A stretch of 24,000 nucleotides of DNA. It comes from Stygiolobus sp. CP850M. Its GTDB lineage: Archaea; Thermoproteota; Thermoprotei_A; Sulfolobales; Sulfolobaceae. The translations under genes and the position numbers were made by a program. Of the stretch, positions 9,092 through 17,200 are shown one piece after another (the stretch's first letter is position 1; the number at the start of each line of letters is the position of its first letter). The stretch is taken from assembly GCF_037389425.1 (NCBI RefSeq), contig NZ_JBBHKR010000064.1:86110-110109 (forward strand). Reading direction: 5' to 3'. The notes under the pieces were generated by a model that worked only from the letters and a program-made list of their open reading frames with translations, ran no database searches and was not told the DNA's origin.

Positions 9092-10589
9092 GTGGGACGA
9101 ACCACTAATAACGGAATATAAGGGAAATAATAGTAGGATAGGAACTCTGGTTCCACACGAGAAGGAAATAGAAATCCAATTAAGAATACCTGAAAAACTT
9201 AAGAGAAGTAAAGAGCCTGAAATACCAGAGCTATCAGAACTAGAAGTAGTTAGGCACTTCGTAAGGCTCTCTCAAATGAGCTTCGGAGTGGATACTGGAT
9301 TTATGCCTTTAGGCTCATGTACTATGAAATATAATCCTAAAGTGGAAGAAAAAACTTCAGAGATAGTTTCTGAATATCACCCGTTACAAGATTTTGACAC
9401 TGTTCAGGGAATTCTGGAAATGATTTACGAGATGCAAAATATGTTAGCTGAGATCACTGGTATGGATCAATGTAGTCTTCAAGTTCCAGCAGGTGCGGCT
9501 GGAGAATTAGCAGGTGTCTTAATGATAAAGAAATATCATGAAGATAAGAATAGAAGAAATCGCGATGAAATGTTAATAGCGGATTCTGCTCACGGTACTA
9601 ATCCAGCAAGTGCAGCTATGGCAGGATATAAGGTAATCTACATAAGGACAAACAAGGATGGGCTAATAGATATAGACATATTAAAGGAAGTTACAAGCGA
9701 AAAGACAGCCGGGTTCATGCTCACTAATCCTAATACACTAGGACTTTTTGAGAGTGATATTCTAGAGATATCCAAGATTCTTCATAGGGTTGATGCTAAA
9801 CTCTATTATGATGGTGCAAACCTAAATGGGATACTGGGAATAGTCAGACCGGGAGACATGGGATTCGATGTTGTTCATCTCAATCTCCATAAGACCTTTG
9901 GAGTCCCTCATGGTGGAGGAGGGCCAGGTGCTGGAGCTATATGCGCCAAAGGTGAAATAGTAGACTATTTGCCCTATCCCTTAGTTCAGAAAAAGGATGG
10001 AAAGTTTACACTAAATTATGTTCCGCCTAAAAGTATTGGTAAGATAGCTACCTTTTATGGCAATATTGCTAATGTTGTAAGAGCGTATTCATACATTTTA
10101 GGTTTAGGTTCTGAAGGCATTTCTATGGTAGGAAAGTTGAGTAGTCTAGCTACTAACTACCTAATAAGTAAACTCAAGGGAGTAAGAGGTCTCTCATTAC
10201 CTTATTCAGATAGACCCAGAAAACACGAGGTTGTATTCTCGGCGAAACAATTGTTTAACGAGACCGGGATTTCGGCTAATGATATCGCTAAAGCACTGAT
10301 CGATAGGGGCTTTTACGCTCCTACAATTTATTTCCCGCCTAACGTAGAAGAGGCTTTAATGATAGAACCTACTGAAACCGAACCGAAAGAGGTTCTTGAT
10401 AAATATGCAGATGCAATTAGGCAGATAGTTGAAGAGGCTTACAAGAATCCGCAATTACTGTTAAACTCTCCATCAAATACCTCTGTCGGTAGGATTGATC
10501 AAGTTACTGCAAATCACCCCTCTTCAGTGACTCCTACGTATAGGGTGTACAGACTGAGAAGTGAGGGAAAAATATCTATCTTAAAGTAA
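9075..10589 (+). CDS. gcvPB: Glycine dehydrogenase (decarboxylating) subunit 2
   Basis: PLP-lysine motif HLNLHKTFGVPHGGGGPG. The track ORF starts at TTG 9069; I prefer ATG 9075, which is preceded by a GGAGGT SD at 9061-9066. It overlaps the gcvPA 3' end. Confidence 0.95.
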   Translation: MWRQAKWDEPLITEYKGNNSRIGTLVPHEKEIEIQLRIPEKLKRSKEPEIPELSELEVVRHFVRLSQMSFGVDTGFMPLGSCTMKYNPKVEEKTSEIVSEYHPLQDFDTVQGILEMIYEMQNMLAEITGMDQCSLQVPAGAAGELAGVLMIKKYHEDKNRRNRDEMLIADSAHGTNPASAAMAGYKVIYIRTNKDGLIDIDILKEVTSEKTAGFMLTNPNTLGLFESDILEISKILHRVDAKLYYDGANLNGILGIVRPGDMGFDVVHLNLHKTFGVPHGGGGPGAGAICAKGEIVDYLPYPLVQKKDGKFTLNYVPPKSIGKIATFYGNIANVVRAYSYILGLGSEGISMVGKLSSLATNYLISKLKGVRGLSLPYSDRPRKHEVVFSAKQLFNETGISANDIAKALIDRGFYAPTIYFPPNVEEALMIEPTETEPKEVLDKYADAIRQIVEEAYKNPQLLLNSPSNTSVGRIDQVTANHPSSVTPTYRVYRLRSEGKISILK

Positions 10590-11015
10590 TGAGAATAATA
10601 TAGAAATATATCCGAGGTAAGGTATTGAAAATATTATTCCATGAATCTCTAACACTTTTCCTATAACGAATTGGTGAGGAACACCGTAAGGTTGTTCTAA
10701 ACCTATTCTATTATCAGGAATGGGATTGGTTATTGGATCTACACCTTGTGTTATATAACTATTATATTGAGGGTTAATTTGAATAACTCTATGAATTACA
10801 TAAGTTCCTAGAGTTGATTTATATATAATTATATTTCCTACACTAATGTTTTTTGGAGAAGTATAGAAAGTTAGGAAGCCATTTTGAAATTCCGGATACA
10901 TTGAAACTCCTTCTACGCTAGCTGTCTGTACTACTCCTGAAAATACTCCTATATAGATCATTAAAATAAGTATTAAAAGTATGATGTCACTCTTCTTCAT
11001 CTTCATCAAGGTCAC
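10581..11015 (-). CDS. Type I signal peptidase (S26/Sec11-like)
   Basis: An N-terminal TM anchor, then the catalytic-Ser box GVSMYPEF, then IIIYKS...YVIHRV (His box) and the TQGVDPITNPIPDN segment (the TKGDNN..D-like box). The stop overlaps the gcvPB stop convergently by 9 nt. Confidence 0.7.
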   Translation of the reverse strand: MTLMKMKKSDIILLILILMIYIGVFSGVVQTASVEGVSMYPEFQNGFLTFYTSPKNISVGNIIIYKSTLGTYVIHRVIQINPQYNSYITQGVDPITNPIPDNRIGLEQPYGVPHQFVIGKVLEIHGIIFSIPYLGYISILFSLL

Positions 11016-11334
11016 TCAAATCAAGTTCTATTACTTCGGCTCTGTTTTCCTCCTCCTTCTCTTGCTCTTCTCCTATCTTCTTAACTCCTTTCTTACCCTC
11101 TACCTCTACGGAGCTCCCTCCAGCCTTTATTTTTGAAACTACTGCTTTCCATTTATGTCCACACTTAGGACATTCATAAGAGCCCATAACTGTTATGGTT
11201 ATTCTTCCATATGCATCTGGTAGAGGAGATACTAGTTGCCAAGTCTTTGTCGGTTTATCAACTTTTGTTCCACAATTAGGGCATACGTCTGGCTCGCTCT
11301 GTTTTTTCCTAGGCATGAGTAATATGTAATACAA
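10987..11334 (-). CDS. Zinc-ribbon protein with an acidic C-terminal tail (function unknown)
   Basis: CPNCG...(33 aa)...CPKCG four-Cys ribbon, a Lys/Gly-rich linker, then EEQEKEEENRAEVIELDLSDLDEDEEE. The probable true start is MPRKKQ at 11316. It overlaps both flanking genes. Confidence 0.65.
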   Translation of the reverse strand: MYYILLMPRKKQSEPDVCPNCGTKVDKPTKTWQLVSPLPDAYGRITITVMGSYECPKCGHKWKAVVSKIKAGGSSVEVEGKKGVKKIGEEQEKEEENRAEVIELDLSDLDEDEEE

Positions 11335-11623
11335 ATAAACTATAAATTAATTGGCATAATATTGACGCCGTCAGAAGTAAAGGGGATATGAATTTGTATT
11401 TTTTATTCAAAGCTATTACATATCCTATAATATTGAAAAATATTAAGATTGGTAAAGTTATTATGGTTTGAAGGTAAAAATACGCTACCAAAAACGGTGC
11501 TGTGACCCAAGTGATATAAAATGCTTTTTCGTTACTTATCTTTCCCCTTAGGATTCGAGCGTAAACTGGCGTTAATACCCCGTATATGATCAAAGGTATT
11601 GAGCTGTAACAAATAGGTAACAT
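11309..11623 (-). CDS. Small integral membrane protein (3-4 predicted TM helices), unknown function
   Basis: 104 aa, strongly hydrophobic. It is the first gene of a three-gene overlapping minus-strand cluster. No motif recognised. Confidence 0.5.
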   Translation of the reverse strand: MLPICYSSIPLIIYGVLTPVYARILRGKISNEKAFYITWVTAPFLVAYFYLQTIITLPILIFFNIIGYVIALNKKYKFISPLLLTASILCQLIYSLFVLHITHA

Positions 11624-11664
11624 ATATTAATCTTCTCTATTTGAATATTAATCAAGGATTTAAA

Positions 11665-12909
11665 ATGAGCGATTCGTTCAGAATAAGAAAGGTAAAGGGT
11701 TATCAAATTCTCGATTCTAGAAGTAACAGGACAGTTAGAGTAAGGGTTGAGACTTACGGCGGGATTTCTGACTTCGGAGACGCTCCTGCAGGCGCATCAA
11801 AGGGAACTAGGGAAGCTGTAGAACTTAGGGATAAGGATGGCGGAGTTACAGAAGCTGTTCGAATAATTAATTCAGTAATTAATGATTCACTCCATGGCTT
11901 TAGTGTTCTGGATCAGTTAGCAATAGACCAAGCTCTTATTAAGCTTGATGGAACTCCGAACAAGAGTAGAATTGGAGGGAACACTACAATAGCCACTTCT
12001 ATAGCAGTTCTCAAAACTGCCTCTAAATTTCTAGGGCTAGAATATTTCAAATATATTGGAGGTCCTAGGGTTAGGTATGTTCCTATACCCTTACTTAATA
12101 TATTAAATGGTGGGCTTCATGCGGGTAACATGCTTAAAATCCAAGAGTTCATTATCATACCCAAGGAGTTTGATACATTTTCAGAGGCTTTAATCGCCTC
12201 GACTTCAATCTATAAGAGGCTAAAAGAGCTGATAACAGAGAGATATGGTAAACTCTACACTGCCTTAGGAGATGAAGGTGGAGTCGTTCCACCTCTCGAG
12301 AAGACTAGGGATGCTTTGGATCTCATATATACGGCTGTAAAACAGACTGGGTACGACGGTCAAGTTTATCTAGGTATGGACGCAGCGGCTTCAGACTTTT
12401 TCAAAGATGGTGCCTACGAGATAGACGGTAGGAAATACTCTCCGGATGAAATGATAGATTATTACGTTAGCTTAGCAAATGAGTATTCTATTCTATATTT
12501 AGAGGATCCATTCAATGAAAATGATTTTGAAAGGTTTTCTATTCTACAGTCAAAGCTTAAGAAGACTATAGTAATAGGTGATGATCTATATACCACTAAT
12601 GTGGAGTATCTTAAAAAAGGAATTGAGAAGAAGTCGACCATTGGAACTATAGTTAAACCTAATCAAATTGGTACTTTAAGCGAAACTTTCGACTATATAG
12701 AGCTGGCTAAAAAGAATTCCATAAAGGTTATAGTTAGCCATAGAAGTGGTGAGACTGAGGATTCCTTTATTGCTGACCTAGCAGTGGGAGTTCAAAGTGA
12801 CTTTATCAAAACTGGTGCTCCTGCTAGAGGTGAAAGGACTAGTAAATATAATAGAATCATAGAAATAGAAAGGGATTATGGCTTAGAGTATTACGGGAAA
12901 AAGTTATAG
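11665..12909 (+). CDS. eno: Enolase (2-phosphoglycerate dehydratase)
   Basis: Motifs: [56 protein letters not shown]. The track ORF begins at TTG 11641; ATG 11665 ([10 protein letters not shown]...) is more plausible. Confidence 0.95.
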   Translation: MSDSFRIRKVKGYQILDSRSNRTVRVRVETYGGISDFGDAPAGASKGTREAVELRDKDGGVTEAVRIINSVINDSLHGFSVLDQLAIDQALIKLDGTPNKSRIGGNTTIATSIAVLKTASKFLGLEYFKYIGGPRVRYVPIPLLNILNGGLHAGNMLKIQEFIIIPKEFDTFSEALIASTSIYKRLKELITERYGKLYTALGDEGGVVPPLEKTRDALDLIYTAVKQTGYDGQVYLGMDAAASDFFKDGAYEIDGRKYSPDEMIDYYVSLANEYSILYLEDPFNENDFERFSILQSKLKKTIVIGDDLYTTNVEYLKKGIEKKSTIGTIVKPNQIGTLSETFDYIELAKKNSIKVIVSHRSGETEDSFIADLAVGVQSDFIKTGAPARGERTSKYNRIIEIERDYGLEYYGKKL

Positions 12910-12913
12910 TATT

Positions 12914-13162
12914 TTAGGGTATTAATATTCCTATAATTAATAGGAACGTGGCTATAACTAACATTAAGATAACGAAACCTCTGAACGGCATATTAGGCAA
13001 GGTTTTAAAAGCCTGTACTACTCCGTAAGCGATGCCTCCGAGAAGAAGGATTATTAGTATTGACAATCCTATGATAATGAATGTTGAAGCTAGAGGTGTT
13101 GGGTTTACATGTAAGAGCTGTGAAAATTGTCCCGTTATATTCTCCAGTGTTTGTAAGCTCAT
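12914..13162 (-). CDS. Small membrane protein (2 TM helices), unknown function
   Basis: 82 aa with two long hydrophobic segments. Divergent from cdvA. An A/T box lies about 30 nt upstream of its ATG. Confidence 0.45.
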   Translation of the reverse strand: MSLQTLENITGQFSQLLHVNPTPLASTFIIIGLSILIILLLGGIAYGVVQAFKTLPNMPFRGFVILMLVIATFLLIIGILIP

Positions 13163-13185
13163 TGTAAATCATAACTTGCGTTAGG

Positions 13186-13203
13186 AATCCTTTTTAAATA
13201 ATC
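13186..13203 (+). promoter_or_regulatory. A/T-box promoter, copy 1 (AATCCTTTTTAAATAATC)
   Basis: The TATA core (13191-13200) lies about 25 nt upstream of the sRNA candidate's 5' end. Because the box is A/T-symmetric, it could instead or also drive the leaderless minus-strand gene ending at 13162. Confidence 0.4.
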
Positions 13204-13220
13204 TATCATAATATTACCTA

Positions 13221-13277
13221 GCCGATGATGAGGGTTAAAAGCACTTATCCGTGATGAGCCTCTACCTGCTGAGGAGC
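13221..13277 (+). ncRNA. C/D-box sRNA candidate (2'-O-methylation guide)
   Basis: C box ATGATGA (13225-13231). 12-nt spacer GGGTTAAAAGCA. Degenerate D' CTTA (13244-13247). 3-nt linker. C' box GTGATGA (13251-13257). 11-nt spacer GCCTCTACCTG. D box CTGA (13269-13272). Size and spacing fit archaeal C/D sRNAs. Confidence 0.6.
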
Positions 13278-13280
13278 CCA

Positions 13281-13298
13281 AATCCTTTTAAATAAATC
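13281..13298 (+). promoter_or_regulatory. A/T-box promoter, copy 2 (AATCCTTTTAAATAAATC), cdvA promoter
   Basis: The TATA core (13287-13295) lies about 40 nt upstream of the cdvA ATG (13331). A GAGGAG SD-like element is at 13318-13323. Confidence 0.5.
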
Positions 13299-13330
13299 AT
13301 ACTCAGCTGATAATTTTGAGGAGTAATACC

Positions 13331-14047
13331 ATGCCGGTTTCAGTTGAAGTATTAACGAAGTTCATAGGACAAAAGATAAAGGACATTTACGGTAGAGATG
13401 TAGGGATTCTACTTCACGTTTATACTGAAATCGACGGAACAGTAACTGGCGTAGAGATTTCTAAAGGAGATGAGATACAGAGTTACGCTCCTGACAGTCT
13501 GAAATTAGATGGGGATTCATTAGTATTAATTCCAGAGTGGAGGAGCGAGGCTTACAAGATTTTAGGATATATGGATAAAATAAGAAGAAGACAGAAAGCG
13601 TTAGAGGAGTTATACTCTAAGAACGAGATCCCAAAGAGTATGTATGATGATATGAAGAGAAAGTTGGACGCCGAAATGTTAAAGGTCAGAGATGAACAAA
13701 GTAAACTCAAGGGGAAACTTAAGGATAGGTTAAACAAAATTGAGGATCAGTTATCTCAGATCGATAGGGCTACAATAGCACTTAAAATGAGTTATATCTC
13801 GGGAGAGTTACCAGAAACTGCATATAAGAATTCGATAGAGATCCTTAGGCAATCTAAAGAGAGTTATACCGCGGAAAGGGATGATATAAGAAAAACGTTA
13901 GATAAGCTAGACGGGCTTGATAAAGAGAGTTTGGATTTAAAGCCTTCTCCCTCATTACCCACGCAGACAGAACAATCTACAAAGACGGAAAGTAATAAGA
14001 GTGAAGTGCCTTTGCCAATACCAGTAAGGGTAATAAATACTTTGTAA
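13331..14047 (+). CDS. cdvA: Cell division protein CdvA
   Basis: N-terminal PRC-barrel-like domain ([22 protein letters not shown]), a long coiled coil, and a C-terminal Pro-rich ESCRT-III-binding peptide ([15 protein letters not shown], 14000-14044). It is followed by cdvB and cdvC. The track ORF starts at TTG 13316. Confidence 0.9.
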   Translation: MPVSVEVLTKFIGQKIKDIYGRDVGILLHVYTEIDGTVTGVEISKGDEIQSYAPDSLKLDGDSLVLIPEWRSEAYKILGYMDKIRRRQKALEELYSKNEIPKSMYDDMKRKLDAEMLKVRDEQSKLKGKLKDRLNKIEDQLSQIDRATIALKMSYISGELPETAYKNSIEILRQSKESYTAERDDIRKTLDKLDGLDKESLDLKPSPSLPTQTEQSTKTESNKSEVPLPIPVRVINTL

Positions 14048-14065
14048 CTAATCTAGTGACTTAGG

Positions 14066-14845
14066 ATGTTTGATAAGTTATCATCAATTTTTAACAATGA
14101 TAAGAAGCGAAAAGTACAATTAGGGAAGATGATTACGGAAATATCATTGAAGCTAAAGGAACAGCAAGACAGACTTGACGAGGCAATAAGGAGGTTAAAG
14201 GAGAGGGACAAGGAGCTCTTCGAAAAAGTAGTTAGAGCCCAAATTGAGGGTGATGTTGCTAGGGCCACTATCTACGCTCAAGAGATCTCTGACATTAGGA
14301 AAATGATCAAAATAATTTATACTGCTTATTTGGCAATAGAAAAGGTCAGACTGAAGCTTGATACTGTTCAGGAATTACAAGGTGTATCCCTAGTCCTATT
14401 TCCAGTTATGAAAATATTAGGAGAGCTTAAGGATCAGATAAAGGGAGTAGCTCCTGAAGTGGCTTTAGCGTTAGACTCCATAACAAGCAGTGTTAACAGT
14501 ATTGCTATAGAAACAGGTGCCATAAGTGAGAGATCTGTAGTTCCGGCAATGGTTGACGAACAAGCTAAGCAGATATTAGATGAGGCTCAAAAGATGGCAG
14601 AAGTAAAAGTTAGAGAAATCTTGCCAGAATTACCTCATCCTCCGACAGAATTACCTAAACCTAGAGCTCAGGCAATACAAATAAAGCGCCAATTAACAGA
14701 AGATATGCTCCTGGATTACATTAGAAGTACGGGGGGATTTCTCGATCTAGAATATATTTCAAAGAACTATGGGGTAGATAAGGTAGAAGTTCTCAATCTA
14801 TTAAAGAGATTGGAACAGAAGGGTCTGATAGCATTGGAGGGATGA
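14066..14845 (+). CDS. cdvB: ESCRT-III homolog CdvB with C-terminal winged helix
   Basis: 259 aa with a Snf7-like helical core, a Pro-rich MIM2-like stretch [14 protein letters not shown] (14621-14662), and a wH-like C-terminus ([41 protein letters not shown]). Confidence 0.9.
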   Translation: MFDKLSSIFNNDKKRKVQLGKMITEISLKLKEQQDRLDEAIRRLKERDKELFEKVVRAQIEGDVARATIYAQEISDIRKMIKIIYTAYLAIEKVRLKLDTVQELQGVSLVLFPVMKILGELKDQIKGVAPEVALALDSITSSVNSIAIETGAISERSVVPAMVDEQAKQILDEAQKMAEVKVREILPELPHPPTELPKPRAQAIQIKRQLTEDMLLDYIRSTGGFLDLEYISKNYGVDKVEVLNLLKRLEQKGLIALEG

Positions 14846-14849
14846 GTAG

Positions 14850-15971
14850 ATGTCGGCTCAGTCAATGTTAGAAGAAATGGCAAGAAAATATGCTGTTGCA
14901 GCTGTAAAAGCTGATAAGGAAGGAAACATAGAGGAGGCTATAAATAACTATAAAAAAGCTATAGAAGTTTTATCTCAATTGATAGCGTTGTATCATGATT
15001 CTAATGCTGTTAAAGTCTATGAACAGATGATTAATGAGTATAAAAAAAGAATAGAGGTACTAAAAGAAGTAGTTCCTGCTAATGGGGAAGAACAAGCTAA
15101 GACAACATCTGTTAGTATAGAGGATCTCATAGTAAAGGAAAAACCTAAGGTCTCTTTTAACGATATAGTAGGACTTGATGATGTGAAGGAGGCGTTAAAA
15201 GAGTCTATAGTATATCCAACAAAAAGACCTGACTTATTCCCTCTCGGATGGCCTAGAGGCATTCTTTTATATGGTCCTCCAGGTTGTGGTAAAACTATGA
15301 TAGCTGCTGCAGTGGCTAGTGAAATTGACTCATATTTTATTCAGGTCGACGCTGCTTCGATTATGTCTAAGTGGCTAGGTGAAGCAGAGAAGAACGTAGC
15401 TAAAATATTCAACAACGCGAGGGAACTCTCTAAAAAGGAGAATAAACCGGTTATAATATTTATTGACGAGATAGATGCGTTACTTGGTGTGTATAATAGC
15501 GAAAACGGCGGAGAGGTAAGAGTTAGAAACCAATTTTTAAAAGAAATGGACGGATTACAAGATAAGTCTGAGACGTTCAAAGTTTACGTTATAGGTGCAA
15601 CGAATAAGCCATGGAGATTAGATGAACCATTCCTAAGGAGATTCCAGAAGAGAATCTACGTCAGACTTCCCGATTTTAATCACAGGCTGGCGTTATTAAA
15701 GTACTACACATCTAAGATCAATTTGGACAGTAGTGTTAATTTGAATCAACTCGCAGAACTAACTGAAGGGTATACAGCGAGCGATATTAAGGATATTGTT
15801 CAAGCTGCTCAGATTAAGGTAGTAAAGGAGATGTTTGAAAAGAACTTATCGGAACCTAGACCAGTAGCAACTAACGACTTCATGGAAGTTCTAAAGGTTA
15901 GAAAACCCAGTGTAAATGAAGAAATGGTTAAAGCTTACGAAGTGTGGCACGAAAAGTTCAAGGCCTTGTAA
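14850..15971 (+). CDS. cdvC: Vps4-like AAA+ ATPase CdvC
   Basis: N-terminal MIT-like helices, Walker A GPPGCGKT, Walker [11 protein letters not shown], and a second region of homology. The gap after cdvB is 4 nt. Confidence 0.95.
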   Translation: MSAQSMLEEMARKYAVAAVKADKEGNIEEAINNYKKAIEVLSQLIALYHDSNAVKVYEQMINEYKKRIEVLKEVVPANGEEQAKTTSVSIEDLIVKEKPKVSFNDIVGLDDVKEALKESIVYPTKRPDLFPLGWPRGILLYGPPGCGKTMIAAAVASEIDSYFIQVDAASIMSKWLGEAEKNVAKIFNNARELSKKENKPVIIFIDEIDALLGVYNSENGGEVRVRNQFLKEMDGLQDKSETFKVYVIGATNKPWRLDEPFLRRFQKRIYVRLPDFNHRLALLKYYTSKINLDSSVNLNQLAELTEGYTASDIKDIVQAAQIKVVKEMFEKNLSEPRPVATNDFMEVLKVRKPSVNEEMVKAYEVWHEKFKAL

Positions 15972-15990
15972 TTTAAAATTATTTTTTAAC
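15972..15990 (+). terminator. T-run terminator after cdvC
   Basis: TTTAAAATTATTTTTTAAC with a T6 tract (15982-15987) directly after the stop. Confidence 0.4.
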
Positions 15991-16060
15991 TATTTACAAT
16001 TAAGTTAACCTCTTCTTATTCAAGGGTAAAACCTATAACTTAATTGGAGATTATGCTTCT

Positions 16061-16735
16061 ATGGATGCTAAAAGAGCTGTAGCCGAGTTCGTAGCCCCTT
16101 TACTAGCCGATTACAAATTGATCGGAATGGGTACTGGTAGAACAGTAAAGAGGCTAATTGAAGTTATGGAAGAGAAAAACATGATAAAGGGTAAAGTTTT
16201 TGTATCAAGTTCTATCGACACGGAAATAGACTTATCTAAAAGGGGAGGTGTTGTCTTATCATTGAGTTCAGGCATGAAACCAGAGATTTATGTGGATAGT
16301 TTCGATTTCGTAACTAAGGACAAAGTTATGATCAAAGGAGGAGGTGCAGCATTACTTAGAGAGAAATTATTATACTATTTTTCTCAAAGGTCAGTATTCA
16401 TTGGAGAGTATAGTAAACTTTCAAGCTCAAATCAGTTACCCGTCCCAGTAGAAGTCACTCAAGCTGCCATATCTTACGTTTTGTCGGAGCTTACTTCGCT
16501 GGGATACAAAGCGAGGATTAGGGAAACTAACGGAAAAATCGGAGGAGTAATCAGTGATAATGGTAATATAATCATAGATGTTGATGTAAATACAAGCGAA
16601 TTATGTGCTTTTGAAAAGAAAGTAAAGGAGATACCTGGTGTAGTAGAGAGTGGTGTTTTTTGCGGTAAAAAGGGTGTTAAAGATTATGAGGTGATTTTAG
16701 GGAACGAAGAGGGTCGTATCGAGATTTTAAGTTAA
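16061..16735 (+). CDS. rpiA: Ribose-5-phosphate isomerase A
   Basis: GMGTGRTV (GxGTGST box), VDSFDF (variant of DGADE that keeps both Asp residues), IKGGGAALLREK, and the TDNGN-like SDNGNIIIDV. Confidence 0.9.
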   Translation: MDAKRAVAEFVAPLLADYKLIGMGTGRTVKRLIEVMEEKNMIKGKVFVSSSIDTEIDLSKRGGVVLSLSSGMKPEIYVDSFDFVTKDKVMIKGGGAALLREKLLYYFSQRSVFIGEYSKLSSSNQLPVPVEVTQAAISYVLSELTSLGYKARIRETNGKIGGVISDNGNIIIDVDVNTSELCAFEKKVKEIPGVVESGVFCGKKGVKDYEVILGNEEGRIEILS

Positions 16736-16754
16736 GCTATAATTCAATAGGTGA

Positions 16755-16771
16755 AAAACTTAAAATTAATG
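16755..16771 (+). promoter_or_regulatory. A/T-box promoter of tRNA-Leu
   Basis: AAAACTTAAAATTAATG, with its core about 28 nt upstream of tRNA nt 1. It differs from the tRNA-Thr promoter 18-mer by one T. Confidence 0.5.
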
Positions 16772-16791
16772 AGGAATATGTAGATAGGTAG

Positions 16792-16886
16792 GCGGGGGTG
16801 CCCGAGCTGGTCAAAGGGGGCGGACTCAAGGCCCTAGGGATATCCGCTGGCGTAGGCCTGCGTGGGTTCGAAGCCCACCCCCCGCA
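16792..16886 (+). tRNA. tRNA-Leu (anticodon CAA), long variable arm, with an inferred 11-nt intron at 37/38
   Basis: Acceptor GCGGGGG/CCCCCGC. Anticodon stem GCGGA(16820-16824)/TCCGC(16843-16847) encloses 18 nt, and only removal of 16831-16841 gives a legal loop, CT-CAA-G-A. Variable arm TGGCGTAGGCCTGC. T arm GTGGG-TTCGAAG-CCCAC. Discriminator A. Confidence 0.9.
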
Positions 16887-16890
16887 TACC

Positions 16891-17200
16891 TTAATTTTGC
16901 TTTACTAAGACTCTCGGTAGGTCTTTGACGGTTACTGAATCTCTAAAGTATTCACCGGTTAGAACATCTGTATATTCTCCATCTATTTTACGTTTTGTTC
17001 AATCAAGCTTTGTAACGTTTTCACTATAACATATATTCCATACCTTCTCTTACGTTATCTATGGCTCCCCTAAAATATTCCAAATCATCTTTTTCAAGCT
17101 CATATTTTCCTAAACTAGAAATGCTAATCTCAAGTTTTTCTATATAAGGAGCGTAGATTGAAAACGTTAACTTATTAACGTCAAGATTTGCCCCTATCAT
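16891..17200 (-). pseudogene. Possible relic of a GH13 (TreZ-like) glycoside hydrolase: intact 58-aa N-terminal piece plus frame-shifted fragments
   Basis: The 17024-17200 ORF (MIGANLDVNKLTFSIYAPYIEKLEISISSLGKYELEKDDLEYFRGAIDNVREGMEYML*) has an ATGA overlap with the upstream gene and resembles the E-set/CBM48 N-domain pattern FxxxAPYxxxhxh...YEhEKDxxxYF...NV. Two further pieces (VKTLQSLIEQNVK*, ...IDGEYTDVLTGEYFRDSVTVKDLPRVLVKQN*) follow in the other two frames and end 5 nt from tRNA-Leu. Confidence 0.3.

Noticed and set aside
10581-10589. 9-nt convergent overlap of the gcvPB and signal-peptidase stop regions with no intervening terminator.
   Set aside because: Tail-to-tail overlaps are common in compact archaeal genomes. 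Nothing else suggests regulation such as antisense control.
11624-11653. 9-nt direct repeat ATATTAATC (11624-11632 and 11645-11653) between the membrane-protein gene and enolase.
   Set aside because: It is pure A/T-rich sequence in a 41-bp divergent promoter and most simply represents the two TATA-like boxes. It is too short and low-complexity to call a specific regulatory repeat.
11803-11820. Enolase catalytic loop reads PAGASKG rather than the common PSGASTG.
   Set aside because: The Ser within GAS, which I take to be the metal-binding loop serine, is retained, and all other catalytic motifs are intact. This is lineage variation, not loss of function.
11641-13330. N-terminal extensions in the ORF track using TTG starts for enolase (11641) and cdvA (13316), and TTG 9069 for gcvPB.
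   Set aside because: Downstream ATGs (11665, 13331, 9075) give N-termini that match family expectations. They are better placed relative to A/T boxes or SD-like GGAGG/GAGG elements, so the extensions are probably artefacts of longest-ORF calling.
16295-16309. RpiA active-site box reads DSFDF instead of the usual DGADE; considered a second pseudoenzyme.
   Set aside because: Both aspartates of the box are retained, and the KGGGAALLREK Lys/Glu motif and the phosphate-binding GTGRT loop are intact. The enzyme is probably active.
310-17200. Possibility that tRNA-Thr or tRNA-Leu marks the border of an integrated virus or plasmid (the RHH gene and the decayed gene sit next to them).
   Set aside because: I found no second copy of either tRNA 3' half (att-type direct repeat) in the window and no integrase fragment. 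Everything between the two tRNAs is housekeeping. At most these are old scars, reported as low-key findings instead.
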